64,000 nucleotides of DNA from Lachnospiraceae bacterium. Its GTDB lineage: Bacteria; Bacillota; Clostridia; Lachnospirales; Lachnospiraceae. The stretch is taken from assembly GCA_051880495.1 (NCBI GenBank), contig JBJEOB010000051.1:1507-65506 (forward strand), given 5' to 3'. The translations under genes and the position numbers were made by a program. Of the stretch, positions 17,610 through 27,315 are shown piece after piece. The notes beneath the pieces were generated by a model that did not search any database, was not told the DNA's origin, and worked only from the letters and a program-made list of their open reading frames with translations. Positions within the stretch are counted from its first letter, which is position 1. Each line of letters opens with the position of its first letter.

Positions 17610-18425
17610 CTAATCATCCGGGTCTATCTTCTTCATGAGTCTTATCAGCAACAGAATCACAACCGCAAGAAGAAGTGAAATAGCACTGCCAAAGTTCCAG
17701 TCGCCTACCGAAATAAACTGATTTTCAATCAGATTACCAATAAGCATGTACTGTCCGCCTCCAAGAAGCTTCGGTATGACGAATGATGATATTGATAAAA
17801 GGAATGTCATAATCACACCATTTATCACACCAGGAAGAGACAGTTTAAATACTACCTTGAAAAATGTCTGTATCCTGTCTGCACCCAGATCATACGCCGC
17901 CTCGATAAGTGAATGGTCTATCTTACTCAGACTCGTATGAATCGGTATTACCATAAACGGAAGGAAATCACATACAAGACCTATCGCAACGGCAAAATCA
18001 GTATACATCATTTTGACAGGGTCAAATCCCAGTGAAACAAGAAAAGAATTTATGATTCCGTTGTCAGACAAAAGGCTTATCCACGCATATGTACGCAGCA
18101 GCATATTTATCCACATAGGTATTGTTACAACAAGAATCAGTATGTTCTGTGCTTTTTCACTGAATTTGGATATCATGTACGCAAGCGGATATCCCATCAA
18201 AAAACAAATTGCTACAGTCCAGATACCGATTTTGAAAGAACGCATAAAAACCGAAAGGTAAATCGGCTCAGCAATTTTCGTAAAATTATTTATCGTAAAC
18301 TGTATGTTTACCAGAGAATTACCGCCTGTGGTCAGCGAGTACAGCACAATCAGCAGAAGCGGCACCACAATCATAAGGAACGACCATATGATATACGGTT
18401 TTACCATATTTTTAAAATATCTCAT
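17610..18425 (-). CDS. potB: Spermidine/putrescine ABC transporter permease
   Basis: It is a polytopic permease with an EAA-like loop (LIEAAYDLGADRIQTF). Confidence 0.85.
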   Translation of the reverse strand: MRYFKNMVKPYIIWSFLMIVVPLLLIVLYSLTTGGNSLVNIQFTINNFTKIAEPIYLSVFMRSFKIGIWTVAICFLMGYPLAYMISKFSEKAQNILILVVTIPMWINMLLRTYAWISLLSDNGIINSFLVSLGFDPVKMMYTDFAVAIGLVCDFLPFMVIPIHTSLSKIDHSLIEAAYDLGADRIQTFFKVVFKLSLPGVINGVIMTFLLSISSFVIPKLLGGGQYMLIGNLIENQFISVGDWNFGSAISLLLAVVILLLIRLMKKIDPDD

Positions 18426-18435
18426 GGCATTCCTC

Positions 18436-19479
18436 CTAATTTTCCATCTTGTACATTACATGGATATCCTCAGGTCCGAATTTGAGTCCCACCTCGAGTC
18501 CTACCTCAAAATAATCCGTTGTATGTATAAGATAATCACGGTACTTTGTTTTTACTACGATTTCATAGTGTACACCCTTAAAGACGATTGATGTAACAGT
18601 ACCTGTAAGCTTTGCTTCACCCGGTTTTACTATATCAATGTCCTCAGGACGAAGTACAACCTCAACTTCCTCGTTATCCTTGAAGCCTTTGTCCACACAT
18701 TCAAAATCACAGTCATCAAAATGTACAAGACAGTCACGTATCATTATAGCTTCAATAATGTTGGATTCACCGATAAAGCTTGCAACAAAACGGTTTTCCG
18801 GCTCATTGTAAATGTCTACCGGTGTTCCTATCTGCTGTATAATTCCCTCATTCATAACAACGACCGTGTCAGACATTGAAAGTGCTTCTTCCTGGTCATG
18901 CGTTACAAAAACAAACGTAATTCCGACTTCCTTCTGAATCTTTTTTAATTCACCCTGCATTTCCTTACGAAGCTTGGCATCAAGTGCACCGAGCGGTTCA
19001 TCCAAAAGAAGAACCTTAGGCTCATTTACAAGCGCCCTTGCAATGGCAACTCTCTGCTGCTGTCCGCCCGAAAGAAGTGTAACATCTCTCTTGTCAAAGC
19101 CCTCAAGACCAACAAGCTTTAACACCCTGCTTACTTTCTGGTCTATTATGCTTTTGTCAACCTTTTTGATGTTAAGTCCGAAAGCCACATTGTCATGTAC
19201 ATTTAAAAACGGGAACAGTGCATACTTCTGAAACACTGTGTTAACCTCACGCTTATATGGCGGAAGCTTGGATATCTCAATACCGTTAAACAGCACCTGC
19301 CCCTGACTCGGCTCATCAAAACCTGCTATGATTCTAAGGGTAGTAGTCTTTCCGCATCCGCTTGGTCCGAGAAGTGTCAGAAACTCATTTTCATAAATAT
19401 TTAAGTCAATTCCTTTAAGTACCTGCTGCTCACCAAAATTCTTGGTAAGACCTTTCAATTCAATAATCTTGTTTCCCAT
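18436..19479 (-). CDS. potA: Spermidine/putrescine ABC transporter ATP-binding protein
   Basis: Walker A is GPSGCGKTT, the ABC signature is LSGGQQQR and Walker B is LLLDEP. A C-terminal TOBE-like domain is present. Confidence 0.9.
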   Translation of the reverse strand: MGNKIIELKGLTKNFGEQQVLKGIDLNIYENEFLTLLGPSGCGKTTTLRIIAGFDEPSQGQVLFNGIEISKLPPYKREVNTVFQKYALFPFLNVHDNVAFGLNIKKVDKSIIDQKVSRVLKLVGLEGFDKRDVTLLSGGQQQRVAIARALVNEPKVLLLDEPLGALDAKLRKEMQGELKKIQKEVGITFVFVTHDQEEALSMSDTVVVMNEGIIQQIGTPVDIYNEPENRFVASFIGESNIIEAIMIRDCLVHFDDCDFECVDKGFKDNEEVEVVLRPEDIDIVKPGEAKLTGTVTSIVFKGVHYEIVVKTKYRDYLIHTTDYFEVGLEVGLKFGPEDIHVMYKMEN

Positions 19480-19503
19480 GATTTTCCTCCGAAAATATGT
19501 TGT

Positions 19504-20037
19504 TTAAAATGATGGTGGCGAACTAACCCACAATATACATGCGCCCTGCCGCGATGTTATATAATGCTTGTACTGAGGCTTAAAATAGAATGACTCTCCT
19601 TTTTTTGCCTTATATACCTTATTGCCGATATGGATTTCTGCCGCACCTGACAGCACAAATCCAAATTCTTCTCCCTCATGGGGATTGTCAGGATATGTAG
19701 AGCCTCCCTCTGACAGTGTCAGCATGATTGGCTCCATAATATTTTTCTGGGCATTCGGAATAATCCACTCAATTTTATTCTTTAGTTCCGTATCTACCTT
19801 TTCAAAATAATCAGTTTTCTTAAAGACCACCTGGTCATCCGCCGAATCACTGAAAAACTCTTTAAGGTCCGTTCCCAGACATGTCAGTATATCTATAAGT
19901 GTTGCAATTGAAGGTGACGTTATATTTCGCTCAAGCTGCGAAATAAATCCCTTGGAAAGTTCAGACCTGTCCGCAAGCTCCTCCTGCGTAAGTCCCTTCA
20001 TAATTCTCAGTTCCTTGATTTTGCCGCCTATATTCAT
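19504..20037 (-). CDS. XRE-family HTH regulator with C-terminal cupin domain
   Basis: The N-terminal HTH is IKELRIMKGLTQEELADRSELSKGFISQLERN. The cupin region is HEGEEFGFVLSG...GESFYF. It overlaps the nadE stop as ATGA. Confidence 0.8.
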   Translation of the reverse strand: MNIGGKIKELRIMKGLTQEELADRSELSKGFISQLERNITSPSIATLIDILTCLGTDLKEFFSDSADDQVVFKKTDYFEKVDTELKNKIEWIIPNAQKNIMEPIMLTLSEGGSTYPDNPHEGEEFGFVLSGAAEIHIGNKVYKAKKGESFYFKPQYKHYITSRQGACILWVSSPPSF

Positions 20038-21944
20038 AAACTTTCAACCTCCTTCATCCAGAGCGCTGCTGACGCATCACTCGGCATTCGAAGATCTCCC
20101 CTTGGCGAAACGGCAACCGAGCCCACCTTAGGTCCATCAGGAAGACATGACCGTTTGAACTGCTGTGCAAAAAATCTCCTGTAAAATGTTTTAAGCCATT
20201 TTAATATAACCTCATTCCCGTATTCGCCTGCAAATGCAATCTGCGCGATACGGTATATCTTTGAAGGCCTGTAACCGAATCTTAATATATGGTACATAAA
20301 GAAATCGTGTAACTCATATGGCCCGACTAAATCCTCGGTCTTTTGTGATATTTTCCCATCCTCAGGAGGCAGAAGCTCCGGACTTACCGGTGTCTCCAAT
20401 ATATCTGTAAGAACATTTGACAGTTCTTCATTTTTACAGGTGTCCGCATAATAGCGAACAAGATGTCTCACAAGCGTTTTAGGCACTGAAGCATTGACAC
20501 CATACATTGACATATGGTCGCCATTGTAAGTTGCCCATCCGAGTGCAAGCTCTGACATATCACCCGTTCCTATTACCATTCCGCCCGTCTTGTTGGCAAT
20601 ATCCATAAGAATCTGTGTACGTTCTCTTGCCTGGCTGTTTTCATATGTCACATCATGATTATCAGGATTGTGGCCTATATCACGAAAATGAACATTTACC
20701 GCTTCCTTGATGTTTATCTCGCAAAGAGACGCATCAAGCTTCTTTGTCAGTGTTACCGCATTGTTATAGGTTCTGTCAGTTGTTCCAAAACACGGCATCG
20801 TAACAGCAGTTATATTTTTTCTCGGTATTGATAACATATCAAATGCACGCACCGTTACCAGCAGTGCAAGCGTTGAATCAAGCCCGCCCGAAATGCCTAT
20901 GACTGCGCTCTTACATCCTGTATGCTCAAGTCTCTTCTTAAGACCGTATGCCTGGATTGACAAAATCGCTTCACAGCGCTGGTCGCGCTCTTTTACGTCA
21001 CTTGGCACAAATGGTGTTTTCTCATATGGGCGCACCAGCTTAAGTTCATTTACGCCTATCTCTATCTCAACGTATTCATAATCAGAATCACGTGCCACAT
21101 CAAATGTGTTCATTCGTCTTCTCTCGCCGGCAATACGCTCCAAATCCATATCAGAATATATGATTCCCGTCGAAAACCTTGCCGCCTCACCAATCAGTGT
21201 TCCGTTCTCACATATCAGGTTATGTCCTGAAAATACAAGATCCTGCGTGGATTCTCCCTCTCCGGCACTTGAGTAAATGTATCCGCAAATCAGTCTTGCT
21301 GACTGTCCCTTTACGAGGTCCCTGCGGTAAACATCCTTAGAAACCGTCTCATTGCTTGCTGAACAGTTAACAATAACGGTTGCTCCTGCCATTGCATGTG
21401 CAATGCTTGGCGGATTCGGAGTCCACACATCCTCGCATATTTCTGCCGCTATCATAAGTTTTGGCATATCCTTCGCCTCAATAATGACATTTGTTCCGAA
21501 CGGCACCTTCTGTCCAAGTACCTCAACGTATTCTGCCTTTTTGCTGCCCGGCACAAAATACCTTGCTTCATAGAATTCACTATAGTTCGGAATATGCGCT
21601 TTAGGTATTAACGCAAGGATTCTTCCGTCAAAAACTGCTGCCGCAACATTGTAAAGCTTTCCCAAATGCATAAATGCAAGTCCGACAAACACGAGCATTT
21701 TCTTATTTTTTGAATTCGCCACGATATGCGACAATCCATCCAGTGCTCCGTCTAACAATGCATTCTGCAAAAACAAGTCATTGCACGTATATGCTGTAAT
21801 ACAAAGTTCCGGAAAAACAAGAATCTTAGTCTGGTTATCATACGCTTCGTTCATCATCCGATTTATTTCATTCGCATTGTAGTCACAGTCGGCAACCTTA
21901 ATTTTGGGAGTTGCTGCTGCGACCCTTATAAATCCGTCCTTCAT
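20034..21944 (-). CDS. nadE: Glutamine-dependent NAD+ synthetase
   Basis: The N-terminal CN-hydrolase domain has FPEL and the catalytic-Cys motif AAEICED. The C-terminal domain has the PP-loop GISGGLDS. The length is 636 aa. Confidence 0.9.
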   Translation of the reverse strand: MKDGFIRVAAATPKIKVADCDYNANEINRMMNEAYDNQTKILVFPELCITAYTCNDLFLQNALLDGALDGLSHIVANSKNKKMLVFVGLAFMHLGKLYNVAAAVFDGRILALIPKAHIPNYSEFYEARYFVPGSKKAEYVEVLGQKVPFGTNVIIEAKDMPKLMIAAEICEDVWTPNPPSIAHAMAGATVIVNCSASNETVSKDVYRRDLVKGQSARLICGYIYSSAGEGESTQDLVFSGHNLICENGTLIGEAARFSTGIIYSDMDLERIAGERRRMNTFDVARDSDYEYVEIEIGVNELKLVRPYEKTPFVPSDVKERDQRCEAILSIQAYGLKKRLEHTGCKSAVIGISGGLDSTLALLVTVRAFDMLSIPRKNITAVTMPCFGTTDRTYNNAVTLTKKLDASLCEINIKEAVNVHFRDIGHNPDNHDVTYENSQARERTQILMDIANKTGGMVIGTGDMSELALGWATYNGDHMSMYGVNASVPKTLVRHLVRYYADTCKNEELSNVLTDILETPVSPELLPPEDGKISQKTEDLVGPYELHDFFMYHILRFGYRPSKIYRIAQIAFAGEYGNEVILKWLKTFYRRFFAQQFKRSCLPDGPKVGSVAVSPRGDLRMPSDASAALWMKEVESL

Positions 21945-22028
21945 AATTCCTCCCTATATTACATAAAGATACAAAATAACCCATTTTAAATACGTTTTCA
22001 TTATATAAAAAAACTATTAATAATGCAA

Positions 22029-22069
22029 CAAAAAAGAATGGCTTGAAAGCTGAATTTTTCAAGCCATTC
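22029..22069 (-). terminator. Rho-independent terminator after the Asn/Gly/Thr-rich lipoprotein gene
   Basis: GAATGGCTTGAAA..TTTCAAGCCATTC forms a perfect 13-bp stem followed by T6 on the minus strand. Confidence 0.8.
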
Positions 22070-22142
22070 CCGCGCTTTCCGTTATTCCTTACATTAAGCC
22101 GTCTTACAAATGCTTAACTTTATATTTACAAAGAATAAATTT

Positions 22143-22544
22143 TTATCTCATGCCTCTTGTAACATCATTTACATTATTGTTGTTGTTTGTGTCTGTGATA
22201 TCATTTCCGATATCTTCAATTCCGTTGCCGATGTCTGTTGCGATTTCCTCAATCACACCTTCTGAGTGACCGTTTGTATTTGTTCCATTAGTACCTGTTC
22301 CGTTAGTACCTGTTCCGTTAGTACCTGTTCCGTTAGTACCGTTTGTGCCATTTGTGTTTGTTGTATTGTTCTGTGTAGCACCGGTAGTCGAATTGTTCTG
22401 TCCGGCGCCATTGTTCATTTCTGTTGACGGCTGCTGGATTCCCTGTGTTGAATTGTTGTTTCCGTTATTTGCCGAACCACAGCCTGTCATTACTGCAAGG
22501 CACATAACAGCCATAATAAATAATACACTTAATCTCTTTTTCAT
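22143..22544 (-). CDS. Low-complexity (Asn/Gly/Thr-rich) lipoprotein
   Basis: The signal peptide and lipobox are MKKRLSVLFIMAVMCLAVMTGCGS. The start ATG 22544 follows AAAGGAGA. The protein contains GTNGT repeats. Confidence 0.7.
   Translation of the reverse strand: MKKRLSVLFIMAVMCLAVMTGCGSANNGNNNSTQGIQQPSTEMNNGAGQNNSTTGATQNNTTNTNGTNGTNGTGTNGTGTNGTGTNGTNTNGHSEGVIEEIATDIGNGIEDIGNDITDTNNNNNVNDVTRGMR
22281..22340. repeat. Four tandem 15-nt units (TGTTCC[A/G]TTAGTACC) inside the lipoprotein gene
   Basis: The repeats were read directly from the sequence. They are in-frame and encode the (GTNGT)n tract. Confidence 0.9.
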
Positions 22545-22638
22545 TTTAAATCTCCTTTGAAAAAATTTTTTCATGATTATTATTTACGAAAAAATATACT
22601 TTATACAAAATTAAAAAACATTTTTGGCATCTATTGCA

Positions 22639-22667
22639 TTGACTATATATAAAAAAACATTTAAAAT
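22639..22667 (+). promoter_or_regulatory. Sigma-A-type promoter TTGACT-N17-TAAAAT upstream of trpS
   Basis: The -35 hexamer is at 22639-22644 and the -10 at 22662-22667. The leader is only about 30 nt. Confidence 0.55.
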
Positions 22668-22700
22668 AAATTTCAGATTATTTTTTACAGAGGTATTATT

Positions 22701-23783
22701 ATGCGCAAAGTTATTCTTACCGGTGACAGACCAACCGGAAAGCTTCATATCGGACATTATGCCGGCTCTCTAAAAAGACGTGTCGAATTACAGAATTCCG
22801 GCAATTTTGATGACATTTTCATTATGATTGCAGATGCACAGGCACTTACGGATAATGCCGACAATCCTGAGAAGGTTCGTCAGAATATTATTGAGGTTGC
22901 TCTTGACTACTTGTCATGCGGACTTAACCCTGATATTTCAACATTATTTATCCAGTCACAGATTCCTGAATTATGTGAATTATCATTTTACTATATGAAT
23001 CTCGTAACAGTATCCAGACTGCAGAGAAATCCTACAGTAAAGTCAGAGATTCAGATGAGAGATTTTCAGACAAGTATTCCTGTCGGATTTTTCACTTATC
23101 CTATAAGCCAGGCTGCTGATATCACACTTTTTAAGGGTACGGTTGTTCCTGTTGGTGAAGACCAGCTTCCTATGCTTGAGCAGACCAAGGAGATTGTAAG
23201 AAAGTTTAATGCTACATACGGCGAGGTGTTAATCGAGCCGGAAATTCTTCTTCCTGACAACAAGGCATGCTTACGTCTTCCGGGTACGGATGGCAAGGCC
23301 AAGATGAGTAAATCTTTAGGAAACTGCATCTATCTTTCAGACCCTGAGGATGAAGTTAAGAAGAAAATCATGAGTATGTACACCGACCCTAACCACATTC
23401 GCGTGGAAGATCCGGGACAGGTTGAAGGCAATACCGTATTTACCTACCTTGATGCATTCTGCAATGACGAACATTTTGCGGAATATCTTCCTGACTATGC
23501 TAACCTTGATGAATTAAAGGCGCACTACTCACGCGGCGGTCTTGGTGATGTTAAGATCAAGAAGTTCCTTAACAATGTTATGCAGGAGGAATTGGCACCG
23601 ATTCGTGCAAGAAGGAAGGAATACGAAAAAGACATTCCTGCCGTATATGACATCTTAAAGAAGGGCTGCGAAAAGGCACAGGCTGTCGGCAAACAGACAC
23701 TTAAAGAAGTTAAGGACGCAATGAAGATTAACTATTTTGATGATGTTGAGCTTATTAAGTCACAGGCTGATAAGTATATGTAA
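22701..23783 (+). CDS. trpS: Tryptophan--tRNA ligase
   Basis: The class I HIGH motif is TGKLHIGHY and the KMSKS motif is KMSKS, with a TrpRS-like sequence throughout. Confidence 0.9.
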   Translation: MRKVILTGDRPTGKLHIGHYAGSLKRRVELQNSGNFDDIFIMIADAQALTDNADNPEKVRQNIIEVALDYLSCGLNPDISTLFIQSQIPELCELSFYYMNLVTVSRLQRNPTVKSEIQMRDFQTSIPVGFFTYPISQAADITLFKGTVVPVGEDQLPMLEQTKEIVRKFNATYGEVLIEPEILLPDNKACLRLPGTDGKAKMSKSLGNCIYLSDPEDEVKKKIMSMYTDPNHIRVEDPGQVEGNTVFTYLDAFCNDEHFAEYLPDYANLDELKAHYSRGGLGDVKIKKFLNNVMQEELAPIRARRKEYEKDIPAVYDILKKGCEKAQAVGKQTLKEVKDAMKINYFDDVELIKSQADKYM

Positions 23784-23806
23784 ATTATATTACGATCTAA
23801 TAAACA

Positions 23807-23849
23807 GAGCCTGCCACACAGATTAATTAGTGTGACAGGCTCCTTTTAT
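23807..23849. terminator. Hairpin terminator between the convergent trpS and ybjQ-like genes
   Basis: GAGCCTGCCACAC..GTGTGACAGGCTC forms a 13-bp stem with 1 mismatch, followed by CTTTTATT on the plus strand. Confidence 0.7.
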
Positions 23850-24163
23850 TACCCAATAATTTTCACTGCAGTTCCGTATGCAACAACCTCGGCTGCTCCC
23901 TGCATAACAGCTGACGAACCGTATCTTACGCCGACTACTGCATCTGCGCCAAGAGCCTCAGCCTCGTCTACCATTCTTTTTGTTGCAAGCTGTCTGGCTT
24001 CATTCAACATTTCCGTATAACCTGCAATCTCTCCTCCTACTAGAGTCTTCATGCCGGCCATAAAATCCCTTCCAATATTCTTTGACTGCACTATTGTTCC
24101 CTTAACGATACCAAGCGCCTCAATTTCCTTTCCCGGAATACAATCAATACTTACGAGCTTCAT
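23849..24163 (-). CDS. YbjQ-family (UPF0145) protein
   Basis: Typical YbjQ sequence is present: GKEIEALGIVKG...GGEIAGYTEMLNEARQLATKRMVDEAEALGADAVVGVRY. The start ATG 24163 follows GGAGGAG. Confidence 0.8.
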   Translation of the reverse strand: MKLVSIDCIPGKEIEALGIVKGTIVQSKNIGRDFMAGMKTLVGGEIAGYTEMLNEARQLATKRMVDEAEALGADAVVGVRYGSSAVMQGAAEVVAYGTAVKIIG

Positions 24164-24785
24164 CCTCTTCTCCTCCATTAATTTCTTTTAATCTTTGTTT
24201 AAGTGCTACTATAATTCCTACTATAATTCCGCCATATATAACTAATATGAGCACAAGCATGCCTGTCGGAATCGGATTGGCACTGCTGTCCCATAATACC
24301 ATCCCCAAAACGGCAACGATAAGTGATATTACGACCAGTGCTGAAATACCTGAACCATATTTTTTCTTTTTAATATCTTTTTTCTCTATATCCATAAATA
24401 TGGTACCTCCCTCTTCCATTTGTTTCATTTCCATAAGATACCCGGATGCATCAAGCTTTGATATATCATTTTCCTTTGCTGATATATCAACACACAGCTT
24501 TTTCATATAATCAATGCTGCGCTGTTCGTGATTTAATCTTACAATCTGCTTTTCCATGCAGTCATTTAATGATATTGTCCCCTCCTTGAGCAATCTTATT
24601 TCCTCAATCGGTACGGCGAGCTTTCTTAAGAGTTTAATCTTCATTAAATCATCAACATCTTTAAGATTATAATCACGGTATCCGTTCTCCGGATTCCTGT
24701 CTGGTTTTAACAAACCCTGTTCCTCATAGAAACGGATATTCTTTTTTGTGATACCTACCAGTTCTTCAACCTGGTTTATCTTCAT
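24144..24785 (-). CDS. MerR-family transcriptional regulator with two C-terminal transmembrane helices
   Basis: The N-terminal MerR HTH is MKINQVEELVGITKKNIRFYEEQGLL. The C-terminal hydrophobic segments are ISALVVISLIVAVLGMVLW and MLVLILVIYGGIIVGIIVAL. Confidence 0.8.
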   Translation of the reverse strand: MKINQVEELVGITKKNIRFYEEQGLLKPDRNPENGYRDYNLKDVDDLMKIKLLRKLAVPIEEIRLLKEGTISLNDCMEKQIVRLNHEQRSIDYMKKLCVDISAKENDISKLDASGYLMEMKQMEEGGTIFMDIEKKDIKKKKYGSGISALVVISLIVAVLGMVLWDSSANPIPTGMLVLILVIYGGIIVGIIVALKQRLKEINGGEEDEARKY

Positions 24786-24844
24786 CTGGTTACCTCCGGA
24801 CTGTAAAAATTAAATCGATTGGCCTTTCGATATATATAATAATA

Positions 24845-24867
24845 GACCTTCCACATGGTGGAAGGTC
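24845..24867 (-). terminator. Hairpin after the TPR/DUF4037 gene
   Basis: GACCTTCCAC-ATG-GTGGAAGGTC forms a perfect 10-bp stem. The tail on the minus strand is AU-rich, so terminator function is uncertain. Confidence 0.45.
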
Positions 24868-24880
24868 AACACATTTTTTA

Positions 24881-27193
24881 CTAATTACATAAAATTCCGT
24901 TTTCAAATTCAGCAAGGTTCTCATAACCATACAAAATTGCAGTATTGGTTATGGTCTGCTCCGGAATGTTTATGTTCTGCGATGCCGCAAATGCAAGATA
25001 TTTTCCGTAAAGCTGAAGCATTTTATCTGAATAGGTACTTATCTCGCCTCTTAAGTACGTCTCATATGAAGTATCAAAAACTTCGTCTTCATATGTGTGA
25101 AGATTACGCGCATTGCCTGCAACCTTCGGGTGCTCTTTTGCAAACTTCTCCATCATTGACATATAGACTGCAACAATCTGCTCAATTACCGCCTTTTTTT
25201 CGTCTGAAATTACAGGGAAATTATCTTTTATTTCCTCATAACGTGCCGGATCGGTACTTTCCATCATTCGTCCGTATTTTTCCGTAATCAGGTTATGACC
25301 GTTTCTGTATTCCCTGTCAAAATCATAAATATACTGAAGAAGCATCGTTCTTGTCCATGTAAGATACTGGCTTCTTCTCATTACATAGAATGTAGGCCAG
25401 TCATTCTGGCAGGATGCTCTTCCGCCCTCATTTTTAACCTTATCAAACGCTTCAAATTCATATCTGACTATTTCATCAACAAGTTCGTCATTATTAAGCC
25501 TTGCATAACGCGCTTTTGTAATTAATTCCTCTGTATGGTTGTCAAGATACGGGTCAATATCACTTATAAAATGATTGGTATAAAGCTCCATTGCAAGACT
25601 TTGTGCAAGTTCATCCACTATACTGCTTATCTGATTTTTCATTGAACTGCCGCCAACAACCATGCTGTCATTTAATCTTGATATAATGTCGCATGTTTCA
25701 TCATTGCAATACAGCCTTAACATGCTTGTATAGAGCCATTTGTCATGAGGCGGATACACGTTAATTAAATGATGTTTTAACTTTAATGTGTTATAAATAC
25801 AATCCGAAAGCATTCTGTTTGCAGTCAGATAATCTCCACGGTTGTACATTCTTTCATAATTGTACTGACCGGTCTGCGAAATTTTTGCAACATCCTCAGC
25901 AAGTTTAAGATAGAGTACCGATTCCGGATAACCTTCCTTTAACTTATTTCTAAATTCGGTAAATATTCCTTCATCATCGCGGAACACTTCACCATCTGTT
26001 GCTGTTGCAAGTGCATAATCCGGAACACTTGACCAGTCAATGTCTTCATAAGACGAAGCACCAAGAAGGTCCTCATAGAACCCTGAAATGGTCATTACGC
26101 CTCTTCTTTTACCTGCCTTAGAGCTTTTTGTTGTCTTATAGCCCATGAATTCAGAAGGTAACTTTGAATAACTCTCTTCCAGTTTCTCACCAATCTGTTC
26201 ATATGTCTCGTCCGTTACCCACATACAAAAGCCGGGACCCCAATCATGATCCATTGATGTTTCATCATCAAAGCCCAGACAGTCAGAGCCTTCTCCAACA
26301 AGTCCGACAGCTATTTTACCTGCATAATCGCCAAATTCATTTTCAATCATGCTCTTTCCGTATTCTTCATAATATCTTTTTGAAAGCTCCATTCCATTCA
26401 TACGGCCGAGTATTTTCCTGCACTCCTCATAATTGGCATAAAGCCGCTCATATTGCTGGTTGCGTCCGAAATTTTCCTCTATGATTTTCATAGCCTTACC
26501 AAAATACTCCAAGGCTTCACTGTAATTCTTTTCTTCAAATAAGCACATGCCTGCTGCTGACAGTGCCGAACAATAATGGGCATCAAAAAGCTTATGCTCA
26601 GTAAACATGTCCATCGACAGGCCTGAATACTCTTTCGCATCCTTATATTCCCCAAGCATTACACAGGTGTTTGCAAGATTGGCGTAAGTTACAGCCGTCT
26701 CAAACCAGCTTTCATTTGCCTTAACTATATCAAGTGCCTGCATAAGACACTTTTTTGCATTTTCAAAGTTACCCATTTCCTGGTATAAAAGGCTCTTATT
26801 ATTTAAGAAGCCTGCAATTCTCATATCATTTTCCGGTAATTCTTTTTCATATATTTCTCCGGTAACGCGATAGCACTCAAGCGCCTTTCCGAATTCTCCT
26901 ATTGAGCGGTAACCGGTTGCCGCATTTAACGATGTTGTTGCATATGCAACAGTTTTATCCAGACCCATTTTATTAGCAACCCTAAAAGCTGCTTCTATGG
27001 TCCGTATTAATTCATCCTTTTGGGAAGTCTGTCTGTAATATCCTATCAGTTCATTTAATATCTGAAGCTGTGCCTCATCATTCTCACTTTTTTCCGATAT
27101 CAAAAGTGTATCAATCAGCAGCTTTTCAGCTTCTTTAGCCTTGCCATTTTCTATTAATTCATCTACTTTGGCAAGCACAGCACTTATGTCCAT
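24881..27193 (-). CDS. TPR-repeat protein fused to DUF4037 (nucleotidyltransferase-fold) and DUF4125-like domains
   Basis: The N-terminal ~270 aa are TPR-like. The middle region IAVGLVGEGSDCLGFDDETSMDHDWGPGFCMW and the C-terminal NEGGRASCQNDWPTFYVMRRSQ match my recollection of the DUF4037 and DUF4125 signatures. The start ATG 27193 follows GGGAGG. Confidence 0.6.
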   Translation of the reverse strand: MDISAVLAKVDELIENGKAKEAEKLLIDTLLISEKSENDEAQLQILNELIGYYRQTSQKDELIRTIEAAFRVANKMGLDKTVAYATTSLNAATGYRSIGEFGKALECYRVTGEIYEKELPENDMRIAGFLNNKSLLYQEMGNFENAKKCLMQALDIVKANESWFETAVTYANLANTCVMLGEYKDAKEYSGLSMDMFTEHKLFDAHYCSALSAAGMCLFEEKNYSEALEYFGKAMKIIEENFGRNQQYERLYANYEECRKILGRMNGMELSKRYYEEYGKSMIENEFGDYAGKIAVGLVGEGSDCLGFDDETSMDHDWGPGFCMWVTDETYEQIGEKLEESYSKLPSEFMGYKTTKSSKAGKRRGVMTISGFYEDLLGASSYEDIDWSSVPDYALATATDGEVFRDDEGIFTEFRNKLKEGYPESVLYLKLAEDVAKISQTGQYNYERMYNRGDYLTANRMLSDCIYNTLKLKHHLINVYPPHDKWLYTSMLRLYCNDETCDIISRLNDSMVVGGSSMKNQISSIVDELAQSLAMELYTNHFISDIDPYLDNHTEELITKARYARLNNDELVDEIVRYEFEAFDKVKNEGGRASCQNDWPTFYVMRRSQYLTWTRTMLLQYIYDFDREYRNGHNLITEKYGRMMESTDPARYEEIKDNFPVISDEKKAVIEQIVAVYMSMMEKFAKEHPKVAGNARNLHTYEDEVFDTSYETYLRGEISTYSDKMLQLYGKYLAFAASQNINIPEQTITNTAILYGYENLAEFENGILCN

Positions 27194-27228
27194 AAATATA
27201 CCTCCCAAATACTATATTCCCTATTATA

Positions 27229-27306
27229 TTAAAAACGGGTGCGATTTAAAACGCACCCGCCTGAATTTTTAAACAGGATAGCGAAATTGCGGCGCAATTT
27301 CCTATC
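27229..27306 (-). terminator. Two hairpins after pckA, the distal one with a U-tract
   Basis: GGATAGCGAAATTGC-GGC-GCAATTTCCTATC lies at 27276-27306. CGGGTGCG..CGCACCCG lies at 27236-27259 and is followed by T5 on the minus strand. Confidence 0.7.
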
Positions 27307-27315
27307 ATATTAAAA

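Noticed and set aside
22575-22700. I looked for a T-box leader upstream of trpS.
   Set aside because: The promoter-to-ATG distance is only about 30 nt. No specifier loop, T-box sequence or terminator/antiterminator can fit.
27250-27264. The 13-nt string AACGCACCCGCCT recurs at 47759-47771.
   Set aside because: An exact 13-mer repeat is expected by chance many times in a 64-kb window when both strands are considered, and the second copy has no matching stem partner.
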